The translations under genes and the position numbers were made by a program. DNA of 64,000 bases from Thermoanaerobaculia bacterium (GTDB lineage: Bacteria > Acidobacteriota > Thermoanaerobaculia > Gp7-AA8): NCBI GenBank assembly GCA_035544675.1, contig DATKCA010000283.1, positions 2,097-66,096 on the forward strand. Direction: 5' to 3'. The notes below the pieces were generated by a model. That model saw nothing but the letters and a program-made list of their open reading frames with translations, ran no database searches and had not been told where the DNA came from. Below, in pieces: positions 9,526 through 19,594 of the stretch. How positions within the stretch are numbered: position 1 is the stretch's first letter; every line of letters starts with the position of its first letter.

Positions 9526-9595
9526 GTGGCGAAACCTACCGCATTCTTGTGTCACAGGTTGCAAAAAACCGGCAGTCTTGAGCACGATAGGAAGC

Positions 9596-10240
9596 GTGAA
9601 CATCCGTTTCGGCGATCTGATCTTCGACGGCGAGCTGCGGCGCCTCACGCGCGGGGGCCAGGACGTCCATCTCTCCCCGAAGGCGTTTCAGCTGCTGGCA
9701 ACGCTCATCGAGGCGCGGCCGCGGCCGGTCGCGAAGGCAGCTCTCATCGACCTGCTCTGGCCCGATGTCGTCGTGGAAGAGGCGAACGTCCGCAACCTCA
9801 TCGCCGAGATTCGCGAAGCGATCGGTGATCAGGGGAAGGAGGGGAGCGGTCGCGGTTCCGTCATGATCCGCACGATTCCGCGATTCGGCTACGCCTTCGA
9901 GGCGGAGGCCGGCGACTCGGAGGCGGAGGAGGTTCCGCGGCTGATCGGCCTGCATCGCGACTATCCTCTGAGGGGCGAAGAGAATGTGATCGGCCGCGAC
10001 GGCGACTGCGCGGTGACGCTCCCCGACCCGCTCGTCTCCCGCCGCCATGCCCTCGTCCGCCTCACCGCCGGCCAAGCCACCATCGAAGACCTCGGCAGCC
10101 GCAACGGGACGCTCGTCAACGGCGTCAGGATCGCCGCGCGGACCGAGCTCAGCGACGGCGACACGATCGAGGTCGGTCCGGTGCGAATGACGTTCCGGAT
10201 CCTCGACCGGAACCGGGAGACCGAGCCGATGGTCCGTTGA
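9596..10240 (+). CDS. winged-helix (OmpR/CadC-type trans_reg_C) + FHA domain transcriptional regulator
   Basis: GTG start 9596 preceded by GGAAG. N-terminus IRFGDLIFDGELRRLTRGGQDVHLSPKAFQLLATLIE is an OmpR/PhoB-type DNA-binding domain. C-terminus has FHA hallmarks (VIGRDGDC...VSRRHALV...GSRNGTLVNG). Confidence 0.7.
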   Translation: MNIRFGDLIFDGELRRLTRGGQDVHLSPKAFQLLATLIEARPRPVAKAALIDLLWPDVVVEEANVRNLIAEIREAIGDQGKEGSGRGSVMIRTIPRFGYAFEAEAGDSEAEEVPRLIGLHRDYPLRGEENVIGRDGDCAVTLPDPLVSRRHALVRLTAGQATIEDLGSRNGTLVNGVRIAARTELSDGDTIEVGPVRMTFRILDRNRETEPMVR

Positions 10241-10342
10241 TGGCTCGTGGTCAACGTGGAATGGAGCGGCACCCGCGCTCCATGATGTGCACTCGTGCCT
10301 GTTGGCCGGCCATTCTCCGGGGTGCTATAGAATCCGCCGCCT

Positions 10343-11563
10343 ATGCGGAAACCAGCCTTCATCCTGCTCGCTGCTCTCTCCCTCATACTCATGGGCTGCC
10401 CGCCGAAGGGCGAAGTCGGTCAGGCTGCGGGCGGAGGGGACGGCGAGATCCTCGTAGGCGAGTACGGCTCCCTGACCGGCTCGGAGGCTACGTTCGGCCA
10501 GTCCACGCACAACGGGATCATGATGGCGATCGACGAGGTCAACGTCGCCGGCGGCGTCAACGGACGCACGATCAGAGTTCGGACCGAGGATGACCAGTCC
10601 AGGGCGGAGGAGGCGGCCAATGCGGTCTCGAAGCTGATCTCCCAGGACGGCGTCGTGGCCGTGCTTGGTGAGGTGGCGTCGTCGAACTCGCTCGCGGCCG
10701 CTCCGATCTGCCAGTCGAACAAGATCCCGATGATCACGCCGTCCTCGACCAACCCGACTGTGACGGAGAAGGGCGACTACATTTTCCGGATGTGCTTCCT
10801 GGACTCCTATCAGGGCGAGTCGATGGCCGGCTATCTCACCAGGCAGCTGGGGATGAAGACGGCGGCGATTCTCATCGATGTCAAGAGCGATTACTCGACA
10901 GGCCTGGCGAACTTCTTCGAGCGCGCCTTCATCGCCAACGGCGGCCGCATCGTCGGCAAGCAGAGCTACGCGAAGGGCGATAACGACTTCCGCTCGCAGC
11001 TCACCGCGCTGCGGGCCACGAATCCCCAGGTGCTCTTCATCCCCGGCTACTACAACGACATCGGCCAGATCGCCATCCAGGCCCGCGACCTCGGCATGAG
11101 GATGCCGCTGGCCGGCGGCGACGGATGGGAGTCGCCCAAGCTGATCGAGATCGGCGGCAAGGCGCTGGAAGGCTCCTTCTACTCGAACCATTACTTCGCG
11201 GGTGATACCGCGCCGGTCGTACGCGACTTCGTCGAGAAGTACAGGGAGCGTTTCGGACAGACGCCTGACGCGCTGGCAGCGCTCGGGTACGACGCGGCCA
11301 AGGTACTGGCCGACTCGTTGAAACGCGCGGGAAGCACCGATGGCCCGGCCATTCGCGACGCCATCGCATCGACCAAGGGGTTCGAAGGGGTCACCGGGTC
11401 CATCACGCTCGGTCCGGACCGCAATCCGCTCGGGAAGAAGCTGGTCATCGTGGAGATCCGGAACGGCCAGCTGACGCTCAAGGACACGGTCGAGCCGGCT
11501 GGCGCCGCGGCGCCCGCCGCGGCGACGACGACCACTGCGGCTGCAGCGACGAGCGGCTCGTAG
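10343..11563 (+). CDS. livK: branched-chain amino acid ABC transporter substrate-binding lipoprotein (LivK/LivJ family)
   Basis: Lipoprotein signal LILMGC. Type I periplasmic-binding fold homology (Leu/Ile/Val-binding family). Confidence 0.8.
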   Translation: MRKPAFILLAALSLILMGCPPKGEVGQAAGGGDGEILVGEYGSLTGSEATFGQSTHNGIMMAIDEVNVAGGVNGRTIRVRTEDDQSRAEEAANAVSKLISQDGVVAVLGEVASSNSLAAAPICQSNKIPMITPSSTNPTVTEKGDYIFRMCFLDSYQGESMAGYLTRQLGMKTAAILIDVKSDYSTGLANFFERAFIANGGRIVGKQSYAKGDNDFRSQLTALRATNPQVLFIPGYYNDIGQIAIQARDLGMRMPLAGGDGWESPKLIEIGGKALEGSFYSNHYFAGDTAPVVRDFVEKYRERFGQTPDALAALGYDAAKVLADSLKRAGSTDGPAIRDAIASTKGFEGVTGSITLGPDRNPLGKKLVIVEIRNGQLTLKDTVEPAGAAAPAAATTTTAAAATSGS

Positions 11564-11579
11564 GGGGCCGCTCGAATCG

Positions 11580-12491
11580 ATGCAGACGCTCTTACAGAAC
11601 CTGCTCAACGGGATCGCCGCCGGCTCCATCTACGCCCTGATCGCGCTCGGCTACACGATGGTGTACGGCATCCTGAAGCTGATCAATTTCGCCCACGGCG
11701 ACATCTTCATGCTGGGCTCGTTCGCCGGCTACTACGGCGGACGCTATCTGGCCGGCAAAGTGGTGGGCGACTCGGTGGCCAGCGTCGGCAGCGCCGCGCT
11801 GGTCCTGATCCTGTCGATGCTCATCTGCGGTCTGTTCGGCTATCTCAACGAGAGGATCGCGTACAGGCCGTTGCGGAACGCTCCGCGGATCGCGTCGCTG
11901 ATCACGGCCATCGGCGTGTCGTTCTTTCTCGAGTATGGCGGTCAGATGGTGTTCGGCCCCGACCCGAAGTTCTTCCCCACGCTGATCGAGAAACGGATCA
12001 TCAACATCGGGGGCATCACCACCACGAACTACCAGCTCATCGTCCTGATCGTGGCCCTGGCGTTCATGGCCCTGCTGCAGTACGTGGTGTACGGCACCAA
12101 GTTCGGGCGGGCCATGCGGGCCGTGTCGTACAACTACGAGACGGCGTCGCTGATGGGAATCCCCACCGACCGGATCATCTCGATGACGTTCATCATCGGA
12201 TCGATGCTGGCCGGGGTGGCCGGCATCCTCTACGGGCTGTCGTATCCGAAGATCGATCCGCTCATGGGCATCATGCCCGGCCTCAAGGCATTCGTGGCCG
12301 CGGTGCTGGGCGGGATCGGCAACGTGCCTGGCGCGATGGTGGGCGGACTCATCATCGGCGTCGTGGAGGCGTTCGTGGGAGGGAGCCCGTTCTCGAGTTA
12401 TCGCGACGCCATCGCCTTCGTGATCCTGATCGTGATCCTGCTCTTCCGGCCGAGCGGGCTGTTCGGGAAGTATCAGGCCGAGAAAGTCTGA
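11580..12491 (+). CDS. livH: branched-chain amino acid ABC transporter permease
   Basis: 303 aa, polytopic; LivH family. Confidence 0.85.
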   Translation: MQTLLQNLLNGIAAGSIYALIALGYTMVYGILKLINFAHGDIFMLGSFAGYYGGRYLAGKVVGDSVASVGSAALVLILSMLICGLFGYLNERIAYRPLRNAPRIASLITAIGVSFFLEYGGQMVFGPDPKFFPTLIEKRIINIGGITTTNYQLIVLIVALAFMALLQYVVYGTKFGRAMRAVSYNYETASLMGIPTDRIISMTFIIGSMLAGVAGILYGLSYPKIDPLMGIMPGLKAFVAAVLGGIGNVPGAMVGGLIIGVVEAFVGGSPFSSYRDAIAFVILIVILLFRPSGLFGKYQAEKV

Positions 12492-12494
12492 ACA

Positions 12495-13601
12495 TTGATG
12501 AAACGCCTTCCCTGGTGGCTCCGCGACCTGATCTTCCTCTGCGGCCTGATCGTGGTCCTGCTCGGCGCCACCTACGCGCTCAGCTACGCGGAGTCGTATT
12601 ACCCGGCCATGCGGTACTACCACCGCATCCTGGTGATGATGGGGATCAACATCGGGCTGGCCGTGTCGCTGAACATCATCAACGGTCACGCCGGGCAGTT
12701 CTCGCTCGGGCACGCCGGCTTCATGGCCATCGGGGCGTATTTCGCCTCGTTCCTGACGGTGTTCTATTTCGGGCCGTACGTGGACAAGTTCTCCGAAGGG
12801 ACGATGACGCACTGGATCCTGCAGAATGCGCTGCTCGTCGTGGCGGTGATCGCGGCGGGAGGGCTCGCCGCCATCGCGGGGTACATCGTCGGTCTGCCGT
12901 CGCTGCGGCTGCGCGGCGACTACCTGGCCATCGTGACGCTCGGCTTCGGGGAGATCATCCGCGTGCTCATCCTCAACATCGACAAGGTCGGCGCTGCGCG
13001 CGGCCTCTCCGGCATCCCGGAGTGGAGCAACCTGTTCTGGGTGTTCTTCTTTTCCGCGATCACCATCCTCATCTCCGTGCGCCTGGTGAACTCGTCGGTG
13101 GGACGCGCCTTCCTGGCCATTCGCGAAGACGAGATCGCAGCCGAGGCCATGGGGGTGGACACCACGCGGTACAAGGTGAAGGCGTTCATCATCGGCTCGT
13201 GCCTGGCCGGAGTGGCGGGAGGGCTGTTCGCGCACTACACGCCGGCGTACCTGAACCCGACGATGTTCACGTTCATCCGCTCGTTCGAAGTCGTGGCCAT
13301 GGTCGTCCTGGGCGGACTGGGCTCGATCAGCGGGTCGGTCCTGGCGGCGATCATCCTCACGTTCCTGCCGGAAGGGCTGCGGAACGTCAAGGAGTTCATC
13401 CCCGGCGGGCGCGATCCGCGCATGGTGATCTACGCGCTCATGCTGATCATCCTGATGCTCACCCGGCCGCAGGGGCTGCTGGGGCGCCGCGAGCTGTGGG
13501 ACATCCTGGCCCGGCGCAAGGACACGGTCGCCAAAGACCCGCGCGACGATGACGCCGGCGGCGACAAGCTCGATCGCGACTCCGGGCCTCCGGTGACATG
13601 A
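12495..13601 (+). CDS. livM: branched-chain amino acid ABC transporter permease
   Basis: 368 aa, polytopic; LivM family. Stop overlaps livG start. Confidence 0.85.
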   Translation: MMKRLPWWLRDLIFLCGLIVVLLGATYALSYAESYYPAMRYYHRILVMMGINIGLAVSLNIINGHAGQFSLGHAGFMAIGAYFASFLTVFYFGPYVDKFSEGTMTHWILQNALLVVAVIAAGGLAAIAGYIVGLPSLRLRGDYLAIVTLGFGEIIRVLILNIDKVGAARGLSGIPEWSNLFWVFFFSAITILISVRLVNSSVGRAFLAIREDEIAAEAMGVDTTRYKVKAFIIGSCLAGVAGGLFAHYTPAYLNPTMFTFIRSFEVVAMVVLGGLGSISGSVLAAIILTFLPEGLRNVKEFIPGGRDPRMVIYALMLIILMLTRPQGLLGRRELWDILARRKDTVAKDPRDDDAGGDKLDRDSGPPVT

Positions 13602-14388
13602 TGGCTGGCGATCAACCGATTCTCGAGGCCAGCAGCGTCACGATCCGCTTCGGCGGACTGACCGCGGTGTCCGACTTCAACATGGACATCCGTCCGCACG
13701 AGCTGGTCGGCCTCATCGGCCCGAACGGCGCGGGCAAGACCACGATCTTCAACATGCTCACCGGCGTGTACAAGCCCACTGAAGGTGAGATCAAAATCGC
13801 AGGCCAGTCCACCCGCGGCTTCAAGCCCTATCAGATCACCAGCCTCGGCGTGGCCAGGACGTTCCAGAACATCCGGCTGTTCAAGGACCTCTCCGTCCTG
13901 GACAACGTGAGGATCGGCGGCCACATCCACTACAAGTACGCCGGGACCGTGGCCGTTCTGCACACCAACCGGTTTCACGAGGCGGAGAGCGTGGCGGAAG
14001 AAGAGGCCCTTCGCCTGCTCGAGATCTTCGGCCTGCGCAGCCGCGCGCACTACAACGCCAAGAACCTCCCGTACGGCGATCAGCGGCGCCTCGAGATCGC
14101 CCGGGCCCTGGCCGTGCGCCCGAAGCTGCTGCTCCTCGACGAGCCTGCCGCGGGCCTGAACACCGGCGAGACGCTGGAGCTGATGAACAAGATCCACGAG
14201 ATCCGCGACCGCTTCGGCCTGGCCATTCTCCTCATCGAGCACAACATGGAGCTGGTCATGGGGATCTGCGAGCGCATCGTCGTCCTCAGCTTCGGCAAGA
14301 CGATCGCGCAGGGGCCCCCGGATGCGATCCGCAGCGACCCCACCGTCATCGAGGCATACCTCGGCGAGCCGATGGAGGCGGCCGGGCT

Positions 14389-14392
<4 letters not shown>
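13598..14392 (+). CDS. livG: ABC transporter ATP-binding protein (LivG)
   Basis: Walker A GPNGAGKTT, ABC signature, LivG-type insertion. Confidence 0.9.
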
Positions 14393-15099
<707 letters not shown>

Positions 15100-15156
15100 G
15101 CCGGACCCGGAACCCTATTTGCACTGCCCGTTACAGATTCGGCAGAGGAGACTGAT

Positions 15157-17013
15157 ATGCGCTTCTTTCTAAATACTTTTGTGATCATGGGGTTACTCAT
15201 CACGGCATCGCCGGCTGATGCGCAGCAGGTCACGACTCGCGAGCAGTTGGCTCAGGCGCAGCTGAACCTGCTCCTGCAGGCTCAGCAGGTACTGTCGGCT
15301 GCCGAGACAGCCGGGGCGGCCTCGCTGGCGCGCGCGCTCTACGATGACGCTCAGTGGCGTGCGCGGTTCGCACAGGAGAACTGGAACGCGGACAAGCGTG
15401 AAGCCCGCGAGAACGCTCGCCTTCGAGCTTCCGAGGCGCTGTGGGCGGGACGGGCGGCGCTGGCCAGAACGCAGTGGCTCAGCACGAACGCGGCAATCCG
15501 CAATCTGCAGTCGGACATCACGCGGTTCGGCGGCCGTTCGGACCTGGTGGTGGAGGATGAGCCGGCCTCTCTGGAGTTCGTCCGCGGGACCTCGACGCGC
15601 CAGCGCATCGACACGGCGCAGGCGTGGATCGACCGGGCCAAGTCGGCCGGAGCCGAGAGCATGGCCGGGAACGACCTGGCCAGCGCCACGGAGAACCTGC
15701 AGACGGCCCGGACGATCACGCGCGGCAATCGCGAGAGCGAGACGGCCGATCACCTGGCGTATGTCGCCGAGATGATCGGGCGCCGCGGCTACTACCTGGC
15801 CCGGTCGTCAGAAGCGTCCCGCGCTCTTCCGCCAGTTCAGCTCGAGCGCACGCGTCTCGCGCAGGCGGCCAGTGAGGCGGCAGCCGCGACCGAGCGCGCG
15901 CAGCGCGAAGAAGCGCAGCGGCAGGCCACAGCGCTGCAGCAGCAGCTCGCGGCCGAACAGGCCAACCGGCAGGCGCAGTCGGGCGAGCTGGATCGCCTCC
16001 GCCAGCAGGTCGAGGAGAACCGGCTGATGATGGATACGCGCGTCCTGCAGGACCGCGTCGCGCGTGAGGAAGCCGAACGGCGGCTCGACGAGGCCATCAT
16101 GCGGTACCAGGCCGCGCTGACGAACGCGAGCACCGTCGAGGCGGAGAACCTCCGCCGGCAGGTCGAGGACCAGCAGATCGCCCTTCGCGCCATCCAGGAG
16201 CGCGAGCGCCTCAACGAGCAGAACCTGTCGGCCGAGATCGAGCGGCTGCGCATGGAGCTGCAGACCGTTCAGAACCGGGGCACCGCGAATGCTCAGGCGC
16301 TGGCCGAGCGACAGACCGAGCTGCAGCGGCGCGAAGAGGAGTTCCAGCGCCTCCGCCGCGAACGTGAAGCCGATCTCGCCGCGCGCATGCAGGTGGAGCA
16401 GCAGCAGCAGGCCGCCATCACCGAAGCGCAGCGCCGCCGCCAGGAGGCGGAGATGCAGGCGCAGCAGCTGCGCATGCAGGTCGAGGCCGTCCAGCAGCAG
16501 CAGCAGCAGACGCAAGCCGAGCTGGAGAGAGCGCGCCAGACGGCGCAGACCACACAGGCTGAGCTCGAGCGCGCCCGCACCGAACTGGCCGTGCGCGAGG
16601 CCGAGACGCGGCGCCTCCGCCTGCAGCAGGAGCTGGCCCGCCTGGCCACGACACGCACCGACCAGCGCGGCCTCATCGTCACGCTGCCGGGCATCTTCTT
16701 CGACTCCGGGAAGAGCCAGCTCACGCCCGGCGCGCGCAACACGCTGACCCGGATCGCTGACCAGCTGAAGCCCGACGCCTCGGTGCGCATCGCCGTGGAA
16801 GGCCACACCGACAGCGTCGGATCGGATGCCATGAATCAGGAGTTGTCGGAGAAACGGGCGGCCGCCGTCCGGGACTTTCTCCTCGCCGCCGGCATCCCGG
16901 CCGATCGTCTCAGCGCCAGCGGCCGCGGCGAAGCAGTCCCGGTCGCGTCCAACAACACCGCCTCCGGCCGCCAGCAGAACCGGCGGGTGGAGCTGATCAT
17001 TACGAACATGTAA
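15157..17013 (+). CDS. OmpA-family protein with N-terminal DUF4398-like region and ~400-aa Q/E/R-rich coiled coil
   Basis: Signal peptide. Long heptad-like QQ/EE/RR repeats. C-terminal OmpA_C (peptidoglycan-binding) domain ...GHTDSVGSDAMNQELSEKRAAAV...NRRVELII. RBS GAGGAG upstream. Confidence 0.75.
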   Translation: MRFFLNTFVIMGLLITASPADAQQVTTREQLAQAQLNLLLQAQQVLSAAETAGAASLARALYDDAQWRARFAQENWNADKREARENARLRASEALWAGRAALARTQWLSTNAAIRNLQSDITRFGGRSDLVVEDEPASLEFVRGTSTRQRIDTAQAWIDRAKSAGAESMAGNDLASATENLQTARTITRGNRESETADHLAYVAEMIGRRGYYLARSSEASRALPPVQLERTRLAQAASEAAAATERAQREEAQRQATALQQQLAAEQANRQAQSGELDRLRQQVEENRLMMDTRVLQDRVAREEAERRLDEAIMRYQAALTNASTVEAENLRRQVEDQQIALRAIQERERLNEQNLSAEIERLRMELQTVQNRGTANAQALAERQTELQRREEEFQRLRREREADLAARMQVEQQQQAAITEAQRRRQEAEMQAQQLRMQVEAVQQQQQQTQAELERARQTAQTTQAELERARTELAVREAETRRLRLQQELARLATTRTDQRGLIVTLPGIFFDSGKSQLTPGARNTLTRIADQLKPDASVRIAVEGHTDSVGSDAMNQELSEKRAAAVRDFLLAAGIPADRLSASGRGEAVPVASNNTASGRQQNRRVELIITNM

Positions 17014-17110
17014 CCCATCAGGGGGCCTCGGGCCTCAGGAAGCCGCCGCTCATCCAGCGATCGGTTCTCCCGAGGCCCGAGGCCCGAGGCCTAAGGCCCG
17101 AGGCCTAACC
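17014..17110. repeat. REP-like hairpin of GGCCTCG/CCCGAGG heptamer units
   Basis: ggggcctcgggcctcagg ... cccgaggcccgaggcccgaggcctaaggcccgaggcc directly after OmpA stop. Confidence 0.75.
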
Positions 17111-17150
17111 TTTCCCCCTCCCTTCCGTCTATTAGCGCAACGGAGGGTTC

Positions 17151-18026
17151 ATGCGACGACTTTTCATCCTTTCTCTACTGGCGCTGATCGTGGCGGCACC
17201 GGCCTACTCCTGGGGGCGGCACGGTGGCGGCGTGTCGATCTCGATCGACGACGGCGACGTGACCGATTGTGGCGATCTGCGCATCCGGTTCGGCGGCGAG
17301 CGCGCCCACGTCCTCACCGAAGAGGTTTCGGTTGCCGGCGTCCGCTCGCTGCGCGTCCGCAGCGCGCGACAGGGCGGGATCCGCGTGACGGGCTGGTCCG
17401 GCAGCAGCTACTCGGTCCAGGCCTGCAAGGCGGTTGCTGACGGCGTGAATCCGGCCGACATCCGCGTCACGTTCTCCGGCAGCGAGCTTTCGGCCACCGG
17501 ACCGGACGGCGGAGATTGGGTCGTCTATTTCCTGGTGCGCGCCCCGCGCGGGGCGACACTCGACCTCGACTCGACGAACGGGCCGGTCTCTCTCGACTCG
17601 GTCGACGGGACGGTCACCGCGCGCGTGACGAACGGTCCGCTGTCGCTCCGAAACACCTCGGGCCGCGTCGACGCCTCGTCCACGAACGGTCCGATCAGCA
17701 TCGCCGGTGGCGGTGGGGAAGTGAAGGCCCAGGCCACCAACGGTCCGCTGTCGGTGAAGCTGGAGGGCTCCGGGTGGAACGGCACGCTCGACGCGTCGAC
17801 GAAGAACGGTCCGGTGTCGCTCAAGCTCCCGCGCGGGTATCGCTCGGGCGTGGTCCTGGAGTCTCGCGGCCGCGGTCCCATCACCTGCCGCGCCGATGAC
17901 TGCCGCCTCAACTCGCTCTTCGACGGCGAAGACGATGAGCCGCGACGAATCCAGCTCGGTTCCGGTCCCCAGAACATTCACCTGTCGACCGTCAACGGTC
18001 CAGTCAGCGTGAAGAACGCCGAGTAG
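17151..18026 (+). CDS. secreted DUF4097 (putative adhesin beta-helix) protein
   Basis: Signal peptide. Repeated TNGP(V/L/I)S(L/V) units typical of DUF4097/DUF4098. RBS GGAGGG. Confidence 0.7.
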   Translation: MRRLFILSLLALIVAAPAYSWGRHGGGVSISIDDGDVTDCGDLRIRFGGERAHVLTEEVSVAGVRSLRVRSARQGGIRVTGWSGSSYSVQACKAVADGVNPADIRVTFSGSELSATGPDGGDWVVYFLVRAPRGATLDLDSTNGPVSLDSVDGTVTARVTNGPLSLRNTSGRVDASSTNGPISIAGGGGEVKAQATNGPLSVKLEGSGWNGTLDASTKNGPVSLKLPRGYRSGVVLESRGRGPITCRADDCRLNSLFDGEDDEPRRIQLGSGPQNIHLSTVNGPVSVKNAE

Positions 18027-18250
18027 ATCGGCCTTGGGGTTAGCCGTCAGGCCTTAGGGGAGCCGGTCTCCTAAGGCCTGAGGAACCTCTGCGTAAGCTC
18101 TGCGTCCTCTGTGACTCTGTGGTTTGACGTCAACCACAGAGTCACAGAGATCACAAAGTTGCGCAGAGGCTCCCTAAGGCCTAAGGACTAAGGACCAAGG
18201 CCTAAGGACTAAGGCCGTCTAACGCCGAGCGTCTAACGCCTGAAGTCACC
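18027..18250. repeat. composite REP cluster: CCTAAGG heptamer arrays flanking a nested perfect palindrome
   Basis: ggccttagg..cctaaggcctgagg | ctctgcgtaagctctgcgt | CTCTGTGACTCTGTGGTTTGACGTCAACCACAGAGTCACAGAG | gcgcagagg | cctaaggcctaaggactaaggaccaaggcctaaggactaagg | cgtctaacgccgagcgtctaacgcc. Confidence 0.85.
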
Positions 18251-18265
18251 CTTTACAATGACGCG

Positions 18266-19594
18266 GTGTCCGTTCCGGCCCAGCTCGGCACCCGGAGGCT
18301 CGTCACAGTTCTCGGCGTCACCTTCGGCGTAGCCGTCTCGGTCGGCAACACCGTCGGGGCTGGAATTCTGCGGGCGCCGGGCGAAATCGCGGCGTATCTT
18401 CCGGAGTTCTGGCCCTTTCTGGCCATCTGGCTGGCCGGCGGGATCTATGCGCTGCTCGGCGCGAACGCGCTCTCCGAGCTGGCCACGCTCGTCCCGCGGT
18501 CGGGGGGCCAATACGTCTTCGTGCGGCGCGGCCTCGGCGACTACGCCGGCTTCGTGGTCGGCTGGAGCGACTGGATCTCCACCTGCGGGACTACGGCCCT
18601 GGTCGGCCTGGTGCTCGGTGAGTACCTGGTCGGACTCGTTCCCGAGCTGCGCGCGTACGAGTTCGTGGCCCTGGTCATCGTGATCATGCTCACGACCGTG
18701 CAGTGGGCGGGGGTGCGGTGGGGTGGCGCGGCGCAGAACGTCACGACGGTTCTCAAAGGCGTCGCGCTTCTCTTCTTCGTGGGAGCCTGTTTCTACTTCG
18801 GAACACGCAATCCGGCCGCGGCCGCGCTTCAGGTGGACCGGGAGACCACGATGCTGCTGGCCGTCATCCTCTCGATGCAGGCGGTGATCTACACCTACGA
18901 CGGATGGACGGCGCCGATCTACTTTTCGGAAGAGATCAAGGACCCGGGCCGGAACATCCCGCGGGCGATGTTCAGCGGCCTGGCCGTCGTCATCGTCGTG
19001 TATCTGCTCGTCAACATCGGCTTCGCACGGGTGGTGCCGCTGCCGACTCTGGCCGGTGAGAAGCTCGCCGCCGCGGCGGTCGCGCAGCACATGTTCGGGA
19101 TCAACGGCGACACGGTTCTGCGGCTCGTGGCGGTGTTGATCCTGTTCAGCGCGGTGAATGCGAACGTGCTGATGGCGCCGCGCGTCGTCTACGCGATGAG
19201 CAACGACCGTCTGTTCTGGCACGGGGCGTCGGAGGTGAACCGGGGCGGTACACCGGACATCGCGCTGCTGCTCAGCAGCATTCTGGCCGGCGCGTTCATC
19301 GTGACGGGAACGTTCCAGACCGTCATCGGAAAGCTGGCCTTTTTCTTCGTCGCCAACTACACGCTCTCGTTCATCACGCTGTTCGTGCTGCGCCGCCGCG
19401 AGCCCGCCGTCCAGCGTCCGTACCGCGCCTGGGGACATCCGCTGACCACCGGGCTGGCCCTGGTCTCGTCGATCGCGTTTCTCATCGGATCCGCGCTCTC
19501 CGACACGGCCAACACGCTCTGGGCGGTGGTCATCCTCTTTCTGAGCTACCCCGTCTATCTGTTGATCTCCCGGCGCGGTAGAGTGCCATCGTGA
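18266..19594 (+). CDS. APC-family amino acid/polyamine permease
   Basis: GTG start. 12-TM APC-superfamily pattern (GAGIL...; conserved GWTAPIYFSEE region). Confidence 0.85.
   Translation: MSVPAQLGTRRLVTVLGVTFGVAVSVGNTVGAGILRAPGEIAAYLPEFWPFLAIWLAGGIYALLGANALSELATLVPRSGGQYVFVRRGLGDYAGFVVGWSDWISTCGTTALVGLVLGEYLVGLVPELRAYEFVALVIVIMLTTVQWAGVRWGGAAQNVTTVLKGVALLFFVGACFYFGTRNPAAAALQVDRETTMLLAVILSMQAVIYTYDGWTAPIYFSEEIKDPGRNIPRAMFSGLAVVIVVYLLVNIGFARVVPLPTLAGEKLAAAAVAQHMFGINGDTVLRLVAVLILFSAVNANVLMAPRVVYAMSNDRLFWHGASEVNRGGTPDIALLLSSILAGAFIVTGTFQTVIGKLAFFFVANYTLSFITLFVLRRREPAVQRPYRAWGHPLTTGLALVSSIAFLIGSALSDTANTLWAVVILFLSYPVYLLISRRGRVPS

Noticed and set aside
9269-9595. Upstream extension of the wHTH-FHA regulator ORF
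   Set aside because: Overlaps the divergent [2Fe-2S] subunit gene and its promoter. OmpR-type domains begin at the protein N-terminus, consistent with GTG 9596.
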